This document shows, one piece after another, positions 23,314 through 31,791 of a DNA stretch of 64,000 bases; the stretch's first letter is position 1, and each line of letters begins with the position of its first letter. A program made the position numbers and the translations under genes. Origin of the DNA: Eukaryota sp. TZLM1-RC (Eukaryota > Protista > Metamonada: BaSk clade); the NCBI GenBank assembly GCA_040285825.1, contig JAUPSS010000003.1, forward strand, positions 3,410,001-3,474,000, read 5' to 3'. A model generated the notes under the pieces. That model saw nothing but the letters and a program-made list of their open reading frames with translations. It searched no databases and was not told the DNA's origin.

Positions 23314-24045
23314 CTACAAGCGACCAAGCCTTTCTTCTTCAGAATTCTGTAAAAAACAAGCATGTAAGTACCTTTTACCACAAGGTAGAAGAAGAGAGGA
23401 ATTTGGCATTGTTTGACTGGGACTTCCAAGTGAGGTATAGCCATCTTGATAAAGCTTGCAATACGGGATCCTGGCCTTGAGTATAAAGCTCCAAACATCA
23501 TGGTAAGACCAATCCAATACAGGCGATATTCTGGTTATAGAAGGCCAACCTACAGTGGATTCAGCTATAGAGGAAATGTTCATAGAATAAGGATCTGTCC
23601 GCCGTAGTCCAGTAATAACAGCGTTAACACCCTTAGACTGTAATAATGAAAGACATTCTTTGAAGGAACCAGACAGCTGACACACGGAGAAACTGTATAA
23701 ATGGGCGACTTCCTCCATGTACTGAAGCATTTCAGGGAATGTTTCGTTTACGTGGAAAAAGTAAACATTTAGAACAGATGACGGTGGTTTACCAGATTGC
23801 CTTAGAGATTTACTATTGGTAAGCAGGAAATAATAAAATGTGAGGAAAACGGCAACAGTGTTGTCTTTACCTCCATTAAAAGAAAGTACAACTGTGGACA
23901 CATCAAACTGTGAAAAGGCCTGGTCAAGGATAGAAAGAGAGGTTGAGACGCGTTCTGCAAGATGATTATCAGTGTCACGTAAATGTGAAATACGTTGAAG
24001 AAGATCTTCAAAGAGATGTTCTTCAGTATCATTAAATGTGCTCAT
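23314..24045 (-). CDS. FLAD1: FAD synthetase (PAPS-reductase-like FMN adenylyltransferase)
   Basis: LSFNGGKD, G.RRTDPY, RISPVLDWSY.DVW, YCKLY.DGYTSLG and EERLGR. Confidence 0.93.
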   Translation of the reverse strand: MSTFNDTEEHLFEDLLQRISHLRDTDNHLAERVSTSLSILDQAFSQFDVSTVVLSFNGGKDNTVAVFLTFYYFLLTNSKSLRQSGKPPSSVLNVYFFHVNETFPEMLQYMEEVAHLYSFSVCQLSGSFKECLSLLQSKGVNAVITGLRRTDPYSMNISSIAESTVGWPSITRISPVLDWSYHDVWSFILKARIPYCKLYQDGYTSLGSPSQTMPNSSLLLPCGKRYLHACFLQNSEEERLGRL

Positions 24046-24305
24046 AGAAAACTAACAGGAAAATGGAATGTTCAGCATTGGTAGATGGTGACGTTAGGAT
24101 TGGAGAATTGGTGACGTGAATTGATTAGGTCCAGCACCTTTCAACTTATTGGAACATCAAAGTAATCTAACCACAAGAACACACTAACTCTGACTCTTTG
24201 ACACTAATTAATGACTTTAGACTCTGAAGTTTAGAGCTTTATGAAAAAATAATTTATTAGTTAATAATAATCACCGCTAACAGCCTTGTCACATAATTCT
24301 TTTGG

Positions 24306-24450
24306 TGGTTAGACTTAGCTATTCAGTATCGCAATTTAGTTGTAATGTATTTATGTTATCGGAGACCTCACTAGTGATATAGTTCAGCACACCGGCCATT
24401 CAATTCGTGTAGTTTAGTTCCTTTTAGTATATAAAAATGTTGTCTAATTA
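24306..24450 (+). mobile_element. Probable diverged solo-LTR remnant related to the 190-bp LTR
   Basis: Exact 18-nt match GGAGACCTCACTAGTGAT (24361-24378) to the LTR core, and a T(G)GTTAGAC-like start. Ends uncertain. Confidence 0.4.
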
Positions 24451-24798
24451 ATGAATTAATTTTTGAATTAAATGGACCAATACCTTCACCAATTGTCAGT
24501 CGTTCTCTTGTACTGTACAGCAGTCGTCATTATTCTGTACCTGTTATAGAACCGGGTATCAAATACGAACTATTGTCGAAACAATCTTGGTATTTCTTGA
24601 ACTCATATACCAAACACGATGCCCGAAAACACACAACGTATGCTCCAAAAGGGAGAAAAACTGCCAGGTCAACCAGATCCTCGTGAAAGAAGTGGCGAAG
24701 TCGGGATGCATAGGGCTTCAAAGAAAGCTGCTCTAGCTTCAGAAGCCCAGGAATATGCAATAGGTGACCGAACAAAGCATAAGAAATTGACAAAAAAG

Positions 24799-25491
24799 CA
24801 GTGTTCGGAATTTTGACCACGCGGTGGCACCAACCACCATGTGCCACCGCGTGGTCCACCTGGTGGTAAAATTGGACCACACGGTGGTGTATTTTTTAGC
24901 CTATAAAATGCTGTTACCTTGTCAAATCATTATGAACAAAACATGTTTATTTCAACTAACAAATACTAAACCCATAACTCAACTATCAAACCAAAAAAGC
25001 ATTTGAGATTGATCATATCATTCCTCCTCAATGTCCTCCGAAACATAAAGATTTCTGAAATAACAAGGATCGTATAGGACTTCCTCGCCCAGTGGATAAT
25101 CTACTTCTTGGTCCTGCTCTGCAACTTCTACCTCTGCAACTTCCTCCATCTCTTCCATCATCTCTACTATTTCAGCATTCATCCATTTGGGGTATTCTTG
25201 ACGATTGACCAGCAGTTTCTTCTTTAGTTTCAAGTTGCAATAGATGAACACTAAGGACTTCACTGGTCATTCTATTTCGCCTTTGATTCATTATGAAACC
25301 AAAAGCTTAGGGGAAATGCATTCAAAAATAGGGTGTTTTCTACCAGGCCATGGTATTTAGATGAAAGGAGAAAGGAATAATGAAATGAAATTGACCACCA
25401 AGAAAACCACCATGGTGGCACCAACCACCACGTGGCACCACGTGGTCCACCTGGTGGTAAAATTGAACCACCTGGTGGTGTCCGAACACTG
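24799..25491 (-). mobile_element. Non-autonomous hAT element (693 bp)
   Basis: TIR CAGTGTTCGGA/TCCGAACACTG; perfect 8-bp TSD CAAAAAAG (24791-24798, 25492-25499); transposase tail LVFIYCNL; CCACC/GGTGG subterminal arrays. Confidence 0.93.
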
Positions 25492-25516
25492 CAAAAAAGA
25501 AATGGCCTCGGTCCTA

Positions 25517-25757
25517 CTGTGAATTTCACTTATCATGCATTCCCCTGTGAAATTCACTCCTGTTTTCAACTTTCTCAATGTCTACTCACAGGCTGTAAGA
25601 GACATGTAGCATCATTTGACAAAGACAATCATGATCTTCATCAATGGGCTACCTCACTTAAATACACCTACTGCTTTCACAGAACAAAGCCTCGCGACTT
25701 GATGTATCTAAGTGGATCTACCAAATGCTACTAAGGCATTTGTAGATCGGTCTCAAA
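25517..25757 (-). ncRNA. Putative omega-RNA scaffold of the intact Fanzor (guide would continue into the flank, about 25516-25500)
   Basis: Conserved in three copies. Five predicted helical domains, GNRA tetraloops, a covarying terminal stem and a sharp 3' homology boundary. Confidence 0.8.
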
Positions 25758-25789
25758 AGATTTTGTTTCTGTATGCTCAGGTTCCCCAT

Positions 25790-27745
25790 TCATCTTCTCA
25801 ACAGAGCATCTGGGCAAATGTATCTTTCCGGCCACAATTCCGCTTTCTTCTTAATTTGAATATTTTTTGCAGCGGAAATATCTCTGTCATATACTATTTG
25901 ACACTCAGTACAAATACGCATCTGCCATGAGCCTGCTTGAATATTCTCGGCCATGCAACAACTTGACATTTTGCTTGTATTAAATTCACTGGTTGACAAG
26001 TGCTTCACGTCCTTTTGATAACACAACCATTTTCTGAAAGCCCTTGCTGATCCATATCGATTGACTTTTCGGCAATGAGAAGGGAAATTAGCAGAACCCA
26101 CAGCAAGATAGAGTTTTTCAGGATGTCCAGCCAGCCTTTGAAATTTGTTGAGACTCTCTCTGAACCGTCTCTCTTTTCGTCTGCGGTTATCAAATTTAAT
26201 TATTTTCCATTTCTGGCGATTACTTTCCAAATACACTTTCCTCCTGACCAAATTCCAATGGTTCAAATATTGGTTGAAATTTTGAACGGAATATTGGTTG
26301 GGAGAGTGTTTACTGGGTGAAGGTTTTGTCATGTATCTCCTGTTAGTTGGACAAGGGATAACTCCACATTGATTATCATTTAAAAAGTAACCACATAATC
26401 TTGATTGGCCAAGATCAACACCAATAAGGGGGCTTTCAGGTAAAATTTCGACTGGATGTCTACGTCTTCGACGGGGCATTTTTTTAGTACCCTTCAACTG
26501 TGTTTCTCTGGTTTTGTTGGCATTAGGGTCACTTTTCATTTCATTTTTTGATCTTCTTTTCTTTTTCGGTGGTTCATCCAGCTCATCTGTGTTTTCTGAG
26601 TCATTATTTTTACCTTCAAAGGTCAAAAGCAGTTCATTACCATTAGTTTTCAATAAAATTTTGTTAAATCTATTTTTCAAACTTTTTCTGTTGATATTGA
26701 ATTTTTGGAAAGGGCATTGTTTGAATGTTCGTTTCAGACATGTATTTTTGATAAACTTTGTTTTGGAAGATGATCCTTCAATAATTGGAAATTTTTTCAC
26801 AGAGTGGAAAATTTGTGAAGGTACCTCAATAAATTTAGAACCTTTATGAGAAGCTAAAGGTATTATTCTAAATTTCTTCCAGCAATGCATATGAGAAAAG
26901 AAAGTGAGTAAGTATTGTGAAATTTTAAGATTGAAGAGAAAAAGCTCACCAATTTCCTTTGATGAAAAAGTGATTTTATCATGTGAGGACAGTAGGGAGG
27001 CAGTGGTAGGAAATCTTTGGAGGAGATTCAAGATAAACCTACATGCATTCAATAAAAAAAATCTTTCTCTTGAATTATTCAAATTGAAATTGATGAGGTA
27101 TTCAAGAACAGAATCAACTACTACTTCCTCGGGTTCGGCTAGTAGTTCATCTGGCAAAAGTGAAAGAATATTATTTGCAAAGACATTTGTTTTATTCAGG
27201 GCTCTACAATGAGCACGAATAAAGTTTTTTGTCCAGGATTGACAAATTTTGGGTAAACTTGTCTTCACGTTGGAGGCCAATTGACGAGCCCGACAAGCAA
27301 GGTAAGGAGAAAGCCCTTTTCTATTGATAAAATTACAGTTCTGGGACTGCAGCCAATCATTGAGGAAAAGATTGAATGAATTTCTGTAAGGCACTAAAGA
27401 ATTTTCCCACACAGAAACAAGAGACCTGTCTTGGGGGCATTCAGGAAGAAATCCATTGTAAAAGATATGGAGTAATTGGCGTTGGCCTTTAGATGTGGAA
27501 GGCTTAGGAAAAGAACCAGTGGTGATGACGGTCATAAACAGATACCATACATCCTGTTCCACTAAAGCTCTAGATGCCAACGGAAAATTTAGAAGAAAAG
27601 ATTGAAGTAATAAAGAAGCTTCATGACAAATCTCGGTGACCACAGGAAGGTCAGTCCGAATTTGTTGCACCGCTGCAGGGGTCAGCAGCGAGTTAAGTGC
27701 ACAAGACCGAGTGAATACACGTGACACAGAGTGGGTGTCTGTCAT
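25790..27745 (-). CDS. Fanzor (Fanzor1-like) RNA-guided endonuclease, intact, 651 aa
   Basis: RuvC-I PLIGVDLG; rearranged RuvC-II STSEFNTSK next to the Zn finger (SCC...CTEC); RuvC-III YDRDISAAKNI; SV40-type NLS PPKKKRR. Confidence 0.95.
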   Translation of the reverse strand: MTDTHSVSRVFTRSCALNSLLTPAAVQQIRTDLPVVTEICHEASLLLQSFLLNFPLASRALVEQDVWYLFMTVITTGSFPKPSTSKGQRQLLHIFYNGFLPECPQDRSLVSVWENSLVPYRNSFNLFLNDWLQSQNCNFINRKGLSPYLACRARQLASNVKTSLPKICQSWTKNFIRAHCRALNKTNVFANNILSLLPDELLAEPEEVVVDSVLEYLINFNLNNSRERFFLLNACRFILNLLQRFPTTASLLSSHDKITFSSKEIGELFLFNLKISQYLLTFFSHMHCWKKFRIIPLASHKGSKFIEVPSQIFHSVKKFPIIEGSSSKTKFIKNTCLKRTFKQCPFQKFNINRKSLKNRFNKILLKTNGNELLLTFEGKNNDSENTDELDEPPKKKRRSKNEMKSDPNANKTRETQLKGTKKMPRRRRRHPVEILPESPLIGVDLGQSRLCGYFLNDNQCGVIPCPTNRRYMTKPSPSKHSPNQYSVQNFNQYLNHWNLVRRKVYLESNRQKWKIIKFDNRRRKERRFRESLNKFQRLAGHPEKLYLAVGSANFPSHCRKVNRYGSARAFRKWLCYQKDVKHLSTSEFNTSKMSSCCMAENIQAGSWQMRICTECQIVYDRDISAAKNIQIKKKAELWPERYICPDALLRR

Positions 27746-28100
27746 GTAGTGAGAATAAAGAGCTCATCTATCAAATTTTACACTTGTCACCCCATTTTCG
27801 ACTTCTGGTTGCCTGTTCTGGGAGGTTTTTAACCCTCAACTTGGTTTTGGGAGGTTTTCACTATTCCCACACTTTCCCAACTAGTGGTTCTTATATCTTT
27901 CACTCAACTTCTTTTCTGAGGTTTAGGAGTCCCTTGTAATCTTTCAACTTCTTTCTATTACTCCCTCAGTTCATGACCCCACTACTGGCCCTCCACAAAC
28001 TGCAACCTATGCTGCTCTACCACCGACGCCTCAACCGGTACAGTCCATGTACACACCTCCTGCTCCTCGCTCATCCGGTAATAATACCAGGAAAACTTTC

Positions 28101-28301
28101 CTTGAAAGTTCTGATTGGAAGTTAAACAAAACTGTTAGTCATTCATCAAACAAAAACACTTCTGTCCCTAGCGTTTCACTTGGCTTGAAGCTTTCTAATG
28201 GCATCTCGAAGTAAAATGTTAACATTGAGCTAGACGAACGAGAGCTGGAAGCCCTTTTCAATACTGTTGAAGATATCTCTGTTCATTTAGACAATCTGTA
28301 A
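28101..28301 (+). pseudogene. COMM-domain (COMMD10-like) 3' gene fragment
   Basis: LESSDWKLNKTVSHSS...PSVSLGLKL..K*NVNIELDERELEALFNTVEDISVHLDNL* followed by AATAAA. Has an internal stop and no N-terminus. Confidence 0.7.
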
Positions 28302-28609
28302 TAAAGTAAGTTATTTTGTAAATAAATAGTTGATGTTTTTTGTTGTTTATTTGAACATTATTGGCACGTTATTATGCTAAGAAGCTCCTGAACTGTGTGT
28401 TCTAGGTTTTCTGTGTTTTATGTCTACACCATTAAGTAAAAGTTGAAAACTAAGGCCCATAGATGTCGTAGGGAGAAACCAGACGTTGGTGCAAGATCAA
28501 AGATAATATTTTACAATTATGCAGTGTTCTGTGACACCAATAGAAAAACTATAATTAATTTCTTGTCAACTTTCATTGTAGACTCACTAAACTGATCATA
28601 AGGTAACAA

Positions 28610-28834
28610 ACCAGCAGCTATAATTTCATCACACAACAATAATTGAGAAGAAATAACAGCAGATGAACGAATCATATTTCTTAAAACACAATAGTTGTCC
28701 CAAATTCCAAGTTCCTTTGAATCACAGCCTTCTCCAGAAAAGACATCTAAACCAACAATGCCACCCTCTTCGGCTTCTTCTTGCAAGTTGATAATAGTCT
28801 CTTCAGCATCAAGACCAGAGTTTTGAGCAAGTGT
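28610..28834 (-). pseudogene. CCT6: Chaperonin CCT zeta C-terminal fragment
   Basis: TLAQNSGLDAEETII...VGLDVFSGE...GIWDNYCV..MIRSS.VISSQLLLCDEIIAAG. No upstream part of the gene is present. Confidence 0.88.
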
Positions 28835-28863
28835 TTATCTCAATAGGTCAGAAACACAAAAAA

Positions 28864-28893
28864 GGGATTAGGGAGGGATTAGGGAGGGAAGGG
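28864..28893 (+). repeat. G-run cluster with two TTAGGG hexamers (potential G-quadruplex)
   Basis: GGGATTAGGGAGGGATTAGGGAGGGAAGGG. Confidence 0.7.
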
Positions 28894-28989
28894 AAAAAAA
28901 AGGGATTTGCATTCAACCTAAAATTCAACCACAGTAATATTGTCGTTACAGAATTAACACAACGAAAATAAACTGTTTATCAGTCCATT

Positions 28990-29034
28990 TCTTTGAATAG
29001 TATTTCCGACAAACATGACAAGAATAACTACTGT
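28990..29034 (-). repeat. 45-bp copy of the RNF32-like gene 3' coding end
   Basis: 44/45 identical to 31809-31853. Confidence 0.9.
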
Positions 29035-29134
29035 TACCAAATTTGGTGTAGCTTAATGGAAGGAGGACAAAACGTGCAATTTGTCTATATGGATGCAGAT
29101 CAGGTTCACTTAAAAGAAATAGGATGTGTGCTTG

Positions 29135-29820
29135 TGTATTTGTTCGAATTCACCACAGCTCACTTTGCGTCACCCTCTGAATTGTTCGAAATAGACAACT
29201 CATCGTTCTCCATTACATGATGCTGTTAGAGACACTGTTTTTAGTATGGCACGAGCTGCAAGAATCTCGTGTATCAAAGAGCCTCTGCTGAAAGAAACAT
29301 TGTCATTGAATAATTTTGGTTTCGATGACAAAGGTGATATACACTGTGGTTGGATTGAGAAATCTGAAGCTGTTGTTGACTTTGTCTCATGTAATGTTGC
29401 AAATGACATTTTGGTTCAAAGAAGAAAAGTGAATCCTGTAGATGCTCTTGAATTTAAAGCTATAGAAAAACATAGAAAATATGAAAAAGATATCGAAGAA
29501 GCTAATGCTGATAGATCTTGACCACTTGTTTTTTTATTGCTTTTCCATTTTCTATCAACGGAAGACTATCAATAGAAGTAGGAAACTTTTTGAATGATTT
29601 CCAAAAAATGGTTCAAGATAAAACAATAAAAATATTTGATATCCTTTTTTGGCGCCCTCGGATTCTATTTGCTAGAATTGATAGATTGCCTCGGTTTTTC
29701 AATGGAATAAGAAAAGCTTTGGCTAGACATCAAGCAGATCAAAATTGTGTGGAGGAAATCGTGGTTGAATGAATTTCGTCCCATTAGTTAAGAATATATT
29801 TTGTTAAGTGTGTAAGTTTA
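29135..29820 (+). mobile_element. RLE family B 3' fragment
   Basis: HDAVRD...KEPLLKE...KGDIHCG...EKHRKY plus 3' UTR. Confidence 0.88.
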
Positions 29821-30049
29821 AGAAATTGAAAACAGTAATGGGGATACCAGTTTTCATTCCTCAAGTATTAACTATGTTGGTAAGTTAGGGGAATCGACTC
29901 GAGTATTGCCATGGACGAATCACAACAAACCAGGTTTTGACGTCTCACTAAGTAAATTTGATTATGAGAAAGATCTATTGAGTTTATTTGTAGAAGTTAT
30001 TTATGGTAATTTTTTTGGTTTTTGCAATCTAAATCAAAAAATTGTTAAT

Positions 30050-30549
30050 TATTGAACTTTTCAACCAATATTTGAACCATTGGAATTTGGTCAGGAGGAA
30101 AGTGTAGTTGGAAAGTAATCGCCAGAAATGGAAAATAATTAAATTTGAAAACCGCAGACGAAAAGAGAGACGGTTCCGAGAGAGTCTCGACAAATTTCAA
30201 AGACTGGCTGGACATCCTTCAAAAACTCTACCTTGCTGTGGGTTCTGCTAATTTCCCTTCTCATTGCCGAAAAGACAATCGATATGGATCAGCAAGTGGG
30301 TTCAGAAAATGGTTGTGTTATCAAAAGGACGTGAAGCACTTGTCAACCAGTGAATTTAATACAAGCAAACTGTCCAGTTGTTGCATGGCCGAGAATATTC
30401 AAGCAGGCTCATGGCAGATGCGTATTTGTACTGAGTGTCAAATTGTATATGACAGAGATATTTTCGCTGCAAAAAATATTCAAATTAAGAAGAAAGCGGA
30501 ATTGTGGCCGGAAAGATACATTTGCTCAGAAGCTCTGTTGATAAGATGA
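30050..30549 (+). pseudogene. Fanzor family A copy 3, 5'-truncated
   Basis: Near-identical to the last ~160 codons of the intact ORF, with frameshifts. Lacks RuvC-I. Confidence 0.93.
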
Positions 30550-30644
30550 ATGGGGAAGCTGAGCATACAGAAACAAAAACATTGGAAAAACTGATATTTT
30601 TTTTGAATTTTTTATTTTTATTTTTTTATTTTTTTTGAAAAACT

Positions 30645-30885
30645 TTTGAGACCGATCTACAAATACCTTGGCAGCATTTGGTAGATCCACGTAGATACAT
30701 CAAGTCGCGAGGCTTTGTTCTGTGAAAACAGTAGGTGTTTTTAAGTGAGGTAGCCCATTGATGAAGATCATGATTGTCTTTGTCAAATGACGCTACATGT
30801 CTCCTACAGCCTGTGAGTAGACATTGAGAAAGTTGAAAACAGGAAAGAATTTTACAGGGGAATGCATGATAAGTAAAATTCACAG
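30645..30885 (+). ncRNA. Putative omega-RNA scaffold, Fanzor A copy 3
   Basis: Homologous to 25517-25757; ends ...AATTCACAG|TA. Confidence 0.78.
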
Positions 30886-30937
30886 TACGAAGTGTTATAA
30901 ATTTTTTTTGAGATTTTGATTTATTTCAATATAATTG

Positions 30938-31723
30938 CTATAAAAAGTTCAACACACGACCAAATCGACTTTTCTGAATAACTTCCAGTCCTTTTCTCAG
31001 TCCTCCCTGAAAATGAGATAGGAGAGAATGATTTACATCATGTTGAGGAGAAATTCCACACCTTGGAACAAGATCAATGAGGTAGTGCTCACTTGATTCA
31101 TAAGTCACACATATCTCTGACCCATCGCCCTCTTCAGCAACACACACAGAGGCCCAAAGAATAAAGCCATGGTCACTTATACAATATAACCTGTTTAAGG
31201 TCTTCCAGAGGTTGCATTGTTCATTAGACAAAAACATTGAACCAATTACCTCAGACTTTGCAGTGATGGGAACGTTGAAAAGTGCCCATTGTTGATTAAA
31301 GTTCATGAGTAACGGGTGATCTTCACTTAACTCTATTGTAGCATTGAATAAACACTGTTTTGTACCGTTTAAATTAAAGCAGCAAACGAGTTGATTACTC
31401 TCTGAATCGACCCATGTAATTCGCCCAACATCCAGGTCAACTTGAACTGTATAAGGTCCAAAGCTGATTCCGTTCGTTTGTCCAACGATCGACATTTCAA
31501 AGCACTCCTGTTGGAAAACTTCCCATGTGTGTTCCATGACCTGTTCAACAGTGGAGTTGATTGCCAGATTATAGGTGATCAGAACAGATAGAAATATCAA
31601 AAAAAGTAGTATTAACAAAAGGTTACGCTTAAAGAGCACTTTTAGCTTCAGCATTGACAACAGCCAGGAGTAACAACAAAGGTGAGATCGTTGCTTATTG
31701 AGTTTACAGTTGTCACTAATCAT
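30938..31723 (-). CDS. Hypothetical membrane-anchored or secreted Cys-rich protein
   Basis: Hydrophobic stretch LLLILLFLIFLSVLITY followed by a Cys-containing beta-rich domain. True start uncertain. Confidence 0.65.
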   Translation of the reverse strand: MISDNCKLNKQRSHLCCYSWLLSMLKLKVLFKRNLLLILLFLIFLSVLITYNLAINSTVEQVMEHTWEVFQQECFEMSIVGQTNGISFGPYTVQVDLDVGRITWVDSESNQLVCCFNLNGTKQCLFNATIELSEDHPLLMNFNQQWALFNVPITAKSEVIGSMFLSNEQCNLWKTLNRLYCISDHGFILWASVCVAEEGDGSEICVTYESSEHYLIDLVPRCGISPQHDVNHSLLSHFQGGLRKGLEVIQKSRFGRVLNFL

Positions 31724-31791
31724 TTAATCATTAGGTCCAAATTAAAATTTAATTAAATTATAAATTAACTAAATAAAACTGTTTATAATTT

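Noticed and set aside
25432-25734. ORF-track peptides antisense to the omega-RNA (also 6112-6306 and 30626-30883)
   Set aside because: Shadow frames of a conserved non-coding repeat, with inconsistent starts and stops between copies.
27904-27955. Conserved upstream ORF stub (EVERLQGTPKPQKRS*) as the end of a transposase
   Set aside because: An in-frame stop lies immediately upstream and the frame is not preserved in copy 1; only nucleotide homology is supported.
28921-28936. AAATTCAACCACAGTA as the left TIR of Fanzor A copy 2
   Set aside because: Needs a 4-nt gap, and no equivalent is seen for copy 1; plausible by chance in AT-rich DNA.
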